From positions 1 to 29,174 of the forward strand of contig JAKZVK010000965.1 in assembly GCA_047516085.1 (NCBI GenBank): a stretch of 29,174 nucleotides of DNA, written 5' to 3'. Under the pieces are notes generated by a model. It saw only the letters and a list, made by a program, of their open reading frames with translations. It searched no databases and was not told the origin of the DNA. Of this stretch, positions 8,523 to 17,221 are shown in pieces. The translations under genes were made by a program, and so were the position numbers. Source of the DNA: Bryobacterales bacterium. Lineage in GTDB: Bacteria; Acidobacteriota; Terriglobia; Bryobacterales; UBA6623. How positions within the stretch are numbered: position 1 is the stretch's first letter; each line of letters starts with the position of its first letter.

Positions 8523-8569
8523 GATGTCCCCGACTTCCCCCGACTTCCCCGACTTCCCCCGACTTCCCC
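8523..8569. repeat. Short tandem repeat GACTTCCCC(C) x4 plus one degenerate unit
   Basis: Units at 8532, 8542, 8551, 8561 alternate 10/9/10/9 nt; GATGTCCCC at 8523-8531 is a degenerate unit adjoining the IS end. Confidence 0.9.
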
Positions 8570-8609
8570 GCGAATGGGCGGGTTGAGAAACTCACTCGTC
8601 GTTAGGCGC

Positions 8610-9794
8610 TCAAGCGTCTTCGGGCCAAACCGGCAGGTCCCAACGCGCCACACCCATGTGGTAGCGCTGGTGCCAGGGAAGACCGTAGGCGGCCCACTCG
8701 GGTCGCGTCGGGCCGAAGTAGTAGGCCGTGACAATCGAGCCGTCGTCGAGCTGCACGCTGGCGGGATACCCACAGTCGGTCTTGTGCCAATCGCGGTGTG
8801 GCGCTGATACCAGCACGACGGGATACGACCACGACTTGCCGGCGTCGCTGCTCATGCGCAACACCACGCCGAACAACCCGGGAATACGGCTCGTGAAGGA
8901 GCACAGAAGACGACCGTCCGCCAATTCCAACAGGTGCGCGTTCTCTTGCCCCTGGGGCGATAAGGGCTTAGGCGGCGACCAGGTTTTGCCCTCGTCGCCC
9001 GACTCGAACAGGACTTCGCCGCTGCCGTGTGGCAACACATCGTCCATGCGGTCGAGACAGCTCGTCCGCCCGACCGCCAACCAGTTGCCGGCACGGCGGC
9101 GGATGATGTGCGTCTCGCCGACTTCCGCCACAGCCCGCTCACCGCCCCAGGTGAGGCCCCCGTCCTCGCTGAAGAAGACGGCGGAGCGGCGTCCCGTCGG
9201 TGGCTTGTTCGTACCGATATACATCGGACAGACGAGCCGCCCGTCGGGCAACGGGAAGATGTCGCCATGGGGGACAAGCTTGATGTCGAGCAGGTCCCGC
9301 CGCCAGGTGTTGCCGTTGTCGCTCGAGAGGCAGCGCTGCAGTGGGAGAAAAGGTCTCTTCTGCCCCTCGTGGTAACCGCTGACGATGGCCACGAGGTCTC
9401 CATCCGCGTTCAGACCCACGGCGTGATTCATGCGAATCGCGTTGGGCTCCTCGGGATGATCGGTGATTTTGCTCCGCAGGACCCAGTTGACGCCACGATC
9501 CCGGCTGACCCACAGTTCGACGTCGCTATTGCTTCCGTACCCGTGGCTGGGGTGGTTGTAGACGGCCGCCGCCAGATCGCCATTCGGCAGCTTGGTGAGA
9601 TTGGGCCAGAGCCCCTTGCCATCGATGGCCACATGGAACTGCGCGCCGGGTAACAGTTGACAACCGTTAAGACCGCTGGCGGAAAAGGGTTTGCCTTCGA
9701 CCGTGGTGACGGCGGCGCCTCCAGCAACCAGCGAGCCGGCTAGAGCGACCGGGGCGGTCCGCAGTAACTCACGACGGCTTCTTCGGTGGGTCAT
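8610..9794 (-). CDS. BNR/Asp-box (sialidase-fold) protein with Tat signal
   Basis: Five Asp-boxes (SRDRGVNW, SSDNGNTW, SEDGGLTW, SGDEGKTW, SSDAGKSW), DCGYP motif, SRRELLR signal; AGGAGA SD. Confidence 0.9.
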   Translation of the reverse strand: MTHRRSRRELLRTAPVALAGSLVAGGAAVTTVEGKPFSASGLNGCQLLPGAQFHVAIDGKGLWPNLTKLPNGDLAAAVYNHPSHGYGSNSDVELWVSRDRGVNWVLRSKITDHPEEPNAIRMNHAVGLNADGDLVAIVSGYHEGQKRPFLPLQRCLSSDNGNTWRRDLLDIKLVPHGDIFPLPDGRLVCPMYIGTNKPPTGRRSAVFFSEDGGLTWGGERAVAEVGETHIIRRRAGNWLAVGRTSCLDRMDDVLPHGSGEVLFESGDEGKTWSPPKPLSPQGQENAHLLELADGRLLCSFTSRIPGLFGVVLRMSSDAGKSWSYPVVLVSAPHRDWHKTDCGYPASVQLDDGSIVTAYYFGPTRPEWAAYGLPWHQRYHMGVARWDLPVWPEDA

Positions 9795-10821
9795 GATGGT
9801 TCTCCTGAGATGTCCATTGTAGCTGGGACCTAGGTTTGGGGCCGCGGATTGCGCTGATTCTCAGTCCCCGAACTGCCACATCGGTAACCAAAAGGAGCAT
9901 CACGCAACCGGCAAGACCACGGCCGGCTGGAACGAATCGACGCAATCGCCCTACGGATCCGGCTGGGGCTGTGCGCAGGATGGTCGACTTGCCCGACTTG
10001 AGCTTGTCTTGCAGGTTCCGTAGATCGACGACCATGTCGCCGGCGTTCTGGTAGCGGTTGTCGATGTCTTTCGCGAGGCACTTGCCGACGATCCACTCCA
10101 GCTCCATCGGGACGCCCGTGCGCAGGGCCGTGATGGGCTCCGGATCCTCGTTGAGAATCGAGTAGACCGTCGCCTGGTCGTAGTGGCCCTTGAACGCTTG
10201 CTGCCCGGTCACCATTTCGTAGATCACCGCACCGAGAGACCAGATGTCCGAACGGTGGTCGAGGTCCATGCCTTGGGCCTGCTCGGGGGACATGTAGGCC
10301 ACTGTGCCCATCGTCTCGTCCATTTGAGTGAGCTTCGAGCGGTCGGTCAGCAGCGCCAGCCCGAAGTCCATGATGGTGACGAGTTGCTTCGAGCCCTCGC
10401 CGGTGACCATCAAGTTGGCCGGCTTGATGTCACGGTGGACGATCTTCTTTTCGTGCGCCGCCTGCAGGCCCTGAGCCGTTTGGATGGCGATGTCGAGCGC
10501 GTCCTTGAGCTTGAGCGGCCCGGCCTCGATCTTCGTTTCGAGGCTGTCGCCCTCGATGAAGGCCATGGCGATGAAGGTGCGTCCGTTGGCCTCGGCGATC
10601 TCGTGGACAGTGCAGACGTTCGGGTGGTTCAACGCGGCGGCGGCTTTGGCTTCCCGCACGAACCGTTTGCGAACTTCTTCATCGGAGACCAGATGGGGCG
10701 CGAGGAACTTTAGGGCTACGGGGCGTTCGAGGGAGGTGTCTTCGGCTTTGTAGACGACACCCATGCCGCCCTCACCGAGCTTGCCGGTGATCTTGTAGTG
10801 CGAAATGGTGGTGCCGATCAT
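9769..10821 (-). CDS. Hanks-type Ser/Thr protein kinase, C-terminally truncated
   Basis: LGEGGMGVVY, VALK, HRDIKPAN, DFGLA, GTVAYMSPE, DIWSLG. After the kinase domain the frame reads through the promoter and RBS of the next gene and overlaps it by 26 nt; no sensor domain. Confidence 0.92.
   Translation of the reverse strand: MIGTTISHYKITGKLGEGGMGVVYKAEDTSLERPVALKFLAPHLVSDEEVRKRFVREAKAAAALNHPNVCTVHEIAEANGRTFIAMAFIEGDSLETKIEAGPLKLKDALDIAIQTAQGLQAAHEKKIVHRDIKPANLMVTGEGSKQLVTIMDFGLALLTDRSKLTQMDETMGTVAYMSPEQAQGMDLDHRSDIWSLGAVIYEMVTGQQAFKGHYDQATVYSILNEDPEPITALRTGVPMELEWIVGKCLAKDIDNRYQNAGDMVVDLRNLQDKLKSGKSTILRTAPAGSVGRLRRFVPAGRGLAGCVMLLLVTDVAVRGLRISAIRGPKPRSQLQWTSQENHHDPPKKPS
9800..9821 (-). promoter_or_regulatory. 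Putative -10 (TACAAT) and SD (AGGAGA) of the BNR gene, inside the kinase ORF tail
   Basis: TACAAT at 9821-9816, AGGAGA at about 9806-9801, ATG at 9794. Confidence 0.45.
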
Positions 10822-11123
10822 TGTCGGACTGCCCCCTCGCGGACACGGCTTGGTTTGGCTGGGGCGGAGGCCGGATGCACCTCTGCTCTAGCGGCCTGCG
10901 GTAGATTCGTGAGCGGGGCGTGCCGGACCGCTCCCTCGCGGACACGGCTTGGTTGGGGCGGGGCGGAAGCCGGATGCACTTCTGCTCTAGCGGCCTGCGG
11001 TAGATTTGTGAGCGGGGCGTGCCGGACCGCTCCCTTACGGTCACGGCTCGGTTGGACGACACCCATGCCACCTTCACCGAGCTTGCCGGTGATCTTGTAG
11101 TGCGAGATGGTTTGACCGATCAT
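10818..11123 (-). pseudogene. Paralogous kinase N-terminus (23 codons) fused in frame to a REP-like tandem array
   Basis: MIGQTISHYKITGKLGEGGMGVV (11123-11055), then QPSRDRKGAV and two 33-aa repeats; its TGA overlaps the ATG of the kinase (10821-10818). Confidence 0.75.
10825..11054. repeat. 99-nt tandem array with three REP-like hairpin motifs (AGCCGTGxCCGxxAGGGxGCxGT on the minus strand)
   Basis: CGGAC anchors at 10825, 10924, 11023 (period 99); the two intervening segments are near-identical. Confidence 0.85.
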
Positions 11124-11179
11124 GGTATGCCCATTGAAACCTAGCCGTCCTGCCCACTCGCCTCGGAGCCCGACCCGCG

Positions 11180-11325
11180 ACTCAGAGCCGCGGGCGTGAG
11201 CCTGCGTTGAGCAACTTCAGGTGTCACTCGGAGCCGCTGTAACCTCGCCGGCAGCAAGTCTTGTTCCAGTGATACCCATCTTGGCGGCCCTATCTCAACG
11301 CAAGCTCACGCTTGCGGCTCTGAGT
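11180..11325. repeat. Inverted REP-like doublet
   Basis: ACTCAGAGCCGCGGGCGTGAGCCTGCGTTGAG (11180-11211) and the reverse complement of 11294-11325 match at 29/32 nt, 82 nt apart; each has a 7-bp hairpin closed by a GTGA loop. Confidence 0.8.
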
Positions 11326-11474
11326 GTCCGTGGCGGCAGCGAGGCTTCGCTCGAGCAAAAACTCGCGGGCCGCGCATCGCAAACCCCGCTAGTGGAATTG
11401 TACCGCCATGAGGAGGAGACGGTATCGCTTCCGTTGAGCGACCCCCTGAAGACCGGACTCGTCTGCCAGGGTCT

Positions 11475-12170
11475 TCATTTCTCAGGCGGCTGGATCTGCG
11501 TTACGTTCCCGGAATCAATACGAAACGTCCGGTCGCAACGCGCGGCGAAACCGACATTGTGAGTGGCGATCACCGCGGTGACTTGGTGGGTCCGAGGCAG
11601 GGAGATGATCAGATCGATGACCGCGTCCGCGGTGTGTTGGTCGAGGTTGCCGGTCGGCTCGTCGGCCAGTAGCAGCTTCGGCGAGGTAACCAGCGCCCGC
11701 GCGATGGCGACTCGCTGCTGCTCGCCGCCTGAGAGTTCCCCGGGCTGATGTTCAGTGCGATCGGCTAAGCCGACCTCCCCGAGCCAACGGCGGGCCTGTT
11801 TCTCGGCCTCACTGTGGTCCATCGCGCCGATCAGAAGCGGCATCATGACGTTCTCGATCGCGGTGAACTCCGGCAGCAAGTGGTAGCTTTGCCAGACATA
11901 GCCGATGCTGCGGTTGCGGAAGGCCGCCAGCGCCGTCTCGTCGTAGGAGGAGATCGGCAGGCCCTCGACATAGATCTCGCCGCCGGTCGAGACGTCGAGC
12001 GCTCCTAGCATATGCAGCAGCGTCGTCTTGCCGGCGCCTGATTCCCCCACCAGAGCCACCGCCTCGCCCGGATGCAGCTCGAAGCTCGCGCCCGAGATGA
12101 CCCTCAACTCCTCCACACCCGAGCGGTAGATCTTGCTGAGGTTTTCGACTCTGACGAGAGGCTCTGGCAT
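11475..12170 (-). CDS. lolD: ABC transporter ATP-binding protein, LolD-like
   Basis: [40 protein letters not shown]. Permease partner absent from the window. Confidence 0.85.
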   Translation of the reverse strand: MPEPLVRVENLSKIYRSGVEELRVISGASFELHPGEAVALVGESGAGKTTLLHMLGALDVSTGGEIYVEGLPISSYDETALAAFRNRSIGYVWQSYHLLPEFTAIENVMMPLLIGAMDHSEAEKQARRWLGEVGLADRTEHQPGELSGGEQQRVAIARALVTSPKLLLADEPTGNLDQHTADAVIDLIISLPRTHQVTAVIATHNVGFAARCDRTFRIDSGNVTQIQPPEK

Positions 12171-12229
12171 GGGTTCGGTGGCGGGCGATTCGGAGTGGTA
12201 GACGGTTGCCGCGAAGGATGCGGGGCCTG

Positions 12230-12757
12230 CTACTGCGACAGTAGCTCAACAATTCGTTCCACGAGTGCTTCCGGCCCTTCGTCCGCATCCTCGACGGTGA
12301 ACTTCGCTTGCGCGTACTCGGCGCGGCGCGTTTCGTACAGTTCCTCGAAGGCGTTGCGATCTCTCGCCAATGGGCGATGAGCTTCGCTCGCGACGCGCTG
12401 CCAGAGCCTCTCGACCGGGCAGTCGAGCCAAATCGAGACGCCCTCGAGTGCTTCGCGATTGCTCGCATCCACAAAGGCGCCGCCACCCAGCGCCACAACG
12501 ACCGGACGTCCCTCACGGACCTGCTGCACCTGTTCGAGCAGCGCGCTACGCTCGAAGGCACGAAAGGCCGGTTCGCCCTGCGCCTCGAAGATCTCGGGGA
12601 TGCTCATGCCGGCGCGTTTTTCGATCTCGTCGTCGAGGTCCACGAACTCCCAGCCCAGCTTGCCGGCCAGCATCCGCCCGACGGTCGACTTGCCGCTGCC
12701 CATGAAGCCGACCAGGTAAACGCCGGGCGCGGCTTCGAGTTCGCTGATCAGTCCCAT
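12230..12757 (-). CDS. aroK: Shikimate kinase
   Basis: [35 protein letters not shown] motifs. Confidence 0.95.
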   Translation of the reverse strand: MGLISELEAAPGVYLVGFMGSGKSTVGRMLAGKLGWEFVDLDDEIEKRAGMSIPEIFEAQGEPAFRAFERSALLEQVQQVREGRPVVVALGGGAFVDASNREALEGVSIWLDCPVERLWQRVASEAHRPLARDRNAFEELYETRRAEYAQAKFTVEDADEGPEALVERIVELLSQ

Positions 12758-12758
12758 T

Positions 12759-13538
12759 CTAGGGGTTCATCCTCGCCATGCGGCCGTAGAGGAAGTGCGG
12801 GAACAAACGGGCCAAACCAACGAGCAGCCAGCCGATGCGGGGTGTGACGATGGTTCGTTTCCCTCTGCGCAGCCCGTCAAGAGTGGCTTGGGCGCACTCG
12901 TCCGCGGTGATCAAGAAGCGGCTTTGCCCGGCCACTTTCTCAGGGATGGTCCCCTGCAGCACGTTCTCGCGAAAAGGCGTATCTACGTAACCGGGACAGA
13001 CACACAACACCGAGATCCCGCGCTTGCTGAGTTCCATCCGCAGCCCGTCGGAGAAGGCGTTGAGCGCGTACTTCGACGCGGAGTAGAGCGTCAGCCACGG
13101 CAGCACGACCTTCCCGGCAATCGAGCTGACATTCACCACCGCCCCACCACGCGGGATCGCCGGGGCGAGACGCCGTGTCAACTCCACCGGCGCCAGGAAG
13201 TTCAACTCGAACAACCGGCGCACCTTCTCGGGCGACGAATCATACGACGGCGCGTAGAGGCCCACGCCGGCGTTGTTGATGAGAATGTCGATGCGGCCGA
13301 AGCGTTCTCGCACCTCGCCGCATAGCGCTTCTATCGATGCGGCGTCGCACAGATCGGCTGGACAGACGACCGCCTCGGCCGGCGACACCTCGGCCGCAAC
13401 CTGTTCGAGCCGCTCTTGTGCCCGCGCGGTCAGGATGAGCCGCGCTCCCTCGGCGCCCAGCCGGTGAGCCAGCGCCCGCCCGATACCCGACGACGCGCCG
13501 GTAATCAGAACCGTCTTGCCCGAAAAGCTCGTGATCAT
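12759..13538 (-). CDS. SDR family NAD(P)-dependent oxidoreductase
   Basis: [17 protein letters not shown]. Start reassigned to ATG 13538 because the longer ORF overlaps the divergent Lon-N gene. Confidence 0.92.
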   Translation of the reverse strand: MITSFSGKTVLITGASSGIGRALAHRLGAEGARLILTARAQERLEQVAAEVSPAEAVVCPADLCDAASIEALCGEVRERFGRIDILINNAGVGLYAPSYDSSPEKVRRLFELNFLAPVELTRRLAPAIPRGGAVVNVSSIAGKVVLPWLTLYSASKYALNAFSDGLRMELSKRGISVLCVCPGYVDTPFRENVLQGTIPEKVAGQSRFLITADECAQATLDGLRRGKRTIVTPRIGWLLVGLARLFPHFLYGRMARMNP

Positions 13539-13621
13539 GACGTGGGACGCCCTGCAGCGGTCCGTCCTGCAGATTCGGCCGTAGGGGGGGCGGCACACCT
13601 TCAGGGAAGCCATAATGTAGC

Positions 13622-14260
13622 ATGGCGACGCCGGACCTACTCCCGCTCTTCCCGCTCGACGTCGTTCTGCTGCCCGGCGTCCTGTTGCCACTTCATATCT
13701 TCGAACCGCGCTATCGCGAGATGATTGGCGAGGCGATCGAACGCAAAAGCACGTTCGGCGTCGTCCTGGTGCTCGACCAGAAACTGACTGCGGCCGGCTG
13801 CACGGCCATAGTCGAACGCGTCACCCAGCGCTACGACGACGGCCGCTTCGACATCGAGGCCCGTGGCGTGAGGAGGTTCACGATCGCCGAGATTGACCAA
13901 AGCCGTGCCTATCTGCAAGGCCGTGTCGAGTTCTTTGACGACGAACCGTCCCCGGAGCCTGACCCCGAGTTGGTCAGCACGGTGTCGACGCTGGCGCATC
14001 AGGTGATTGATCTCGAAGGCGGCACGCTGCCGCCTGAGTTGGCGGAGCTGACGCAGTCGGCCGAGCCGCCCGGCAACCTCAGCTTCATCGTGGCCGGGGC
14101 CATCCGGCTCGAACTCCCTTTCAAGCAGCGTCTATTGACCGAGCGATCCGAAAGTCAGCGTCTCAAACTGCTCGAAATGCACCTCCCGCAGTTGACTCAG
14201 GAACTTCGCACCACTCGCCGAGCCCAACGGTTGGCCGGTTCCAACGGGCATCCGGGCTGA
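13622..14260 (+). CDS. LON peptidase substrate-binding domain protein (stand-alone Lon N-domain)
   Basis: LPLFPLDVVLLPG...LHIFEPRYREM; DGRFDI...G.RRF; KQRLL. No ATPase or protease domain. Confidence 0.92.
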   Translation: MATPDLLPLFPLDVVLLPGVLLPLHIFEPRYREMIGEAIERKSTFGVVLVLDQKLTAAGCTAIVERVTQRYDDGRFDIEARGVRRFTIAEIDQSRAYLQGRVEFFDDEPSPEPDPELVSTVSTLAHQVIDLEGGTLPPELAELTQSAEPPGNLSFIVAGAIRLELPFKQRLLTERSESQRLKLLEMHLPQLTQELRTTRRAQRLAGSNGHPG

Positions 14261-14343
14261 TGAGGAAGCCCGGGGCGTGCCGGTCGGTCTTACGCCGTCA
14301 CCGGTCTTCCGGAAATCGTCAGAACGGGCTGCTACCCTGACAA

Positions 14344-16869
14344 ATGAGGCGCGCTAAACCGTTGGCGGTCACGTTCATAACGACCCTGATAGTTCTATGG
14401 TTGCTCCCGGGTACGGTGTACTCCCAGGAGCCGGCCTTTGCCATCGTCGGACAAGCCGTGATCGCGGGGCCCGACGGCGAGCGGTTGGGGGCGGTTGGCG
14501 CCGAGATGCGGCTTGAATCCGTTTCCGTTGCGGAAGCGGCGGAGGGGGAGTCGGAAGGATCGGGGCCGGCAGCGGTCCAAACGGACGAACTCGGGATCTT
14601 TCGTTTTGAGGGCGTTGTCCAGGGCTGCTATATCATCGTCGGCGCAGCGCCCGGAATGAGCGGCCAGAGCGAGATTCTTTGTCTGCCCGCGGAAGAACAG
14701 CCCTTACGCGTCGAGATTGAAATGCAAGTTGAGGTGGTCGTCGAATCGGTTGAGGTCACCGCGTCCGCGATAGCGATCGATCCCACCGAAACCTCTTCCT
14801 CCGGATCCGTGGGAGTCTCCACCCTCGACAACGCGCCGAAGGCGAATCGTAGTGTCGAGGACGTGATGCCGCTCATCCCCGGCGTCCTGCGAGGCCAAGC
14901 CGGCGAGATTAACATGAACGGCGTTCGCGCGTCGCAGAGCGGCTCGCAGTTGAACAACGTTGACATCACCGATCCGGTCGCGCGGACTTCTGAAATCGGC
15001 CTGCCGCTGAGCGTCATCTCAAACGTCCAAGTTCTTTCGACTCCGTACGACGCGCAATATGGCGGCTTTGTTGGAGCCGTGTCGACGGTCGAGACCCGCG
15101 CGGCCAACTTGTCGGATTTTCGGTTCGATCTGCAGAACTTCACCCCGCGCATCCGGCGCAGGGACGGCGCCATCATGGGGATCGAGTCGAGCACGCCGCG
15201 ACTCACGGTGAACGTTCCCTTCGGCGGAGGCCGGTTCGCGCTGCTGCACTCGACCGAGTACCAATTCGTCCGCGCCGACCAGGAAGACGCCAACCTGCCG
15301 CTGCTCGAGCGAGATGTGGAACGAGAGGCGTTGACGGTTTTCAACCAGTTCGATGCCCTTGTGACCGACCGCAATCGCGCGTCGGTGACGCTGCTGATCT
15401 ATCCCGAGAAGCTCAATTTTTTCGGCCTCAACGCCTTTACGCCGCAGGAATCAACGCCCGATCTGCGAAGGCGAGGGGTCTTGCTAACGCTGAAGGATAG
15501 TCACGAGTTCGAGTCCGGCGGGCTGCTGCTGTCGCACCTCTCCTACCAGGATCTCGATAGTGACGTGAAGCCGCTGAGTTTCGACCCGTCGGTGATCGGG
15601 CTCGAACGCGCGAGCGGAGCTTTTTTCAACCGCCAGGCCCGTAACACGATTCGCCGCAAGTTGTCGGAGCACTATCACTTCGCTCGCACCGGCAAGCACC
15701 AACTCAAGACGGGCGTCGAGTTGGGACTGGAGTCCTATAGCGGCGACCAGACGTTCAACTCGGTTAGTTGGCTCGGTGTTAGTGACCAGCCGGTTTCCGA
15801 GTTACGTTTTACTCCCTCGGCCACGGTGCGTGCGAATAAGAGCGACCTCTCCATGTTCTTGCAAGATCAGTGGTCGGCCTCCGAAGCGCTCACACTCGAC
15901 CTGGGTGCGCGGCTCGAACGGGACTCGATCGCTACCGACTGGAACCCCTCCTACCGAGCCGGATTTGCCTATGCCTTCGGGGGAGGGGCTCGCACGGTGC
16001 TCCGCGGCGGGGCTGGGCTGTTCATCGACCGTGTCAGCCTGCTTGTGCCTACCTTCGAATCGCTGCCGCAGCGCATCGAAACCCGTTACGGACCGGGAGG
16101 CGATGTCACCTCCGTGCGGCGGTTCATTCCGCGGATCGACGGCAGAATCCGCAATGCCAGGAGTTTGGGTTGGAGCCTGCAATTGGACCGCGAACTGATA
16201 GACAACTTGTTCCTTCGGGCCGGCTACCAGCAGCGAAGAACGACCCGTAACTTTCTGATCAACCCGACCATCCCCACCGACTCGAATGAGACGGACGGCG
16301 CTCTTACGTTGAGCAACGACGGACGGGATCACTATCGCGAGTATCAGGTTACGGTGCGCTACCGGCTCAGCGGTACCGGTCACGTGACCAGTTCTTATGT
16401 TCGCTCCTCGTCGGTCGGCGACTTGAATGACCTGGGCTCCATCTACGGACCGACGCCGGCTGCCCTGATTCGCCCCAACGAGCGGGCTCCGCTGCGATTC
16501 GACGTCCCGAATCGCCTTCTGACTTGGACGGAGTTCGGACTGCCTTTGGGCCTCACCGCCATTCCGGTATGGGAGCTGAGAAGCGGATTTCCTTATTCGA
16601 ACGTCAACGAGGAACGCGACTTTGTCGGCGCGCGAAACCGTGCGGGCCGTTTCCCAATCTTCAACTCGGTGGATTTGCAGCTCACCAAGAACGTGGTGAT
16701 CAAGTTCAAAGGCAAAGAGCGGCGCTTCCGCGCAGGCCTGCGGCTGTTTAACGTCTTGAACACCTTCAACCCACAGGATGTCCAAGCCAACCTGGCGAGT
16801 CCCTACTACGGAACCTTCTACCGCGGGGTGAAGCGAAAGATCCGAGCCGTGTTTGAGATCGGCAACTAA
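14344..16869 (+). CDS. TonB-dependent receptor with N-terminal CarboxypepD_reg-like domain
   Basis: Signal peptide, TDELGIFRFEG domain, plug region, beta-barrel strands, C-terminal aromatic strand (RAVFEIGN). Confidence 0.88.
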   Translation: MRRAKPLAVTFITTLIVLWLLPGTVYSQEPAFAIVGQAVIAGPDGERLGAVGAEMRLESVSVAEAAEGESEGSGPAAVQTDELGIFRFEGVVQGCYIIVGAAPGMSGQSEILCLPAEEQPLRVEIEMQVEVVVESVEVTASAIAIDPTETSSSGSVGVSTLDNAPKANRSVEDVMPLIPGVLRGQAGEINMNGVRASQSGSQLNNVDITDPVARTSEIGLPLSVISNVQVLSTPYDAQYGGFVGAVSTVETRAANLSDFRFDLQNFTPRIRRRDGAIMGIESSTPRLTVNVPFGGGRFALLHSTEYQFVRADQEDANLPLLERDVEREALTVFNQFDALVTDRNRASVTLLIYPEKLNFFGLNAFTPQESTPDLRRRGVLLTLKDSHEFESGGLLLSHLSYQDLDSDVKPLSFDPSVIGLERASGAFFNRQARNTIRRKLSEHYHFARTGKHQLKTGVELGLESYSGDQTFNSVSWLGVSDQPVSELRFTPSATVRANKSDLSMFLQDQWSASEALTLDLGARLERDSIATDWNPSYRAGFAYAFGGGARTVLRGGAGLFIDRVSLLVPTFESLPQRIETRYGPGGDVTSVRRFIPRIDGRIRNARSLGWSLQLDRELIDNLFLRAGYQQRRTTRNFLINPTIPTDSNETDGALTLSNDGRDHYREYQVTVRYRLSGTGHVTSSYVRSSSVGDLNDLGSIYGPTPAALIRPNERAPLRFDVPNRLLTWTEFGLPLGLTAIPVWELRSGFPYSNVNEERDFVGARNRAGRFPIFNSVDLQLTKNVVIKFKGKERRFRAGLRLFNVLNTFNPQDVQANLASPYYGTFYRGVKRKIRAVFEIGN

Positions 16870-17010
16870 GACGAGGCCGCGGTTTCCCGCGCAGCGCAAC
16901 CTGATGCATCCAACTACCGGTCCGAGCCCCGGCATGGGCGTTTGAGCCCTTCTGCTCTCATACCCGGCCGGTGCGCGAGACGAAGCAAATCCGCTCTCTT
17001 CGAGCCCCAC

Positions 17011-17107
17011 CAGGCGGGGCGGTGTGGCGCGGGTCCCCAGACCTGCCGTGTCGGTACTCTTACCGACACAGGTTTGCAGGCCCGCCTGCCCGCCGGAACT
17101 CCGGCGG
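17011..17107. other. Nested intergenic hairpins
   Basis: CAGGCGGG 17011-18/CCCGCCTG 17081-88; GTGTCGGTA 17048-56/TACCGACAC 17061-69; CCGCCGG 17090-96/CCGGCGG 17101-07. Confidence 0.6.
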
Positions 17108-17124
17108 AGCCCCTCGCGGCAAGT

Positions 17125-17133
17125 TGCTAAAAT
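17125..17133 (+). promoter_or_regulatory. Putative extended -10 promoter (TGcTAAAAT) of the aminotransferase
   Basis: TGn plus TAAAAT about 90 nt upstream of ATG 17222. Confidence 0.5.
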
Positions 17134-17221
17134 CGGGCGGGAGAGGCGGGATTCCTGTCTTTGACGGCGCGGGCCGGCTCCGCGCCAACGGCCGGTTCCC
17201 AATCCCGGAAGGTCATCCAAC

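Noticed and set aside
5145-10821. Kinase (9769-10821) and TPR gene as halves of one interrupted gene
   Set aside because: Both carry their own post-kinase linker region, and no target duplication or frame-restoring junction could be found.
10825-11054. 99-nt periodic array as a CRISPR
   Set aside because: The would-be spacers are near-identical to each other, and no cas genes are present.
11221-11562. 113-aa plus-strand ORF
   Set aside because: Runs through a REP copy and overlaps lolD antisense; no motif or SD.
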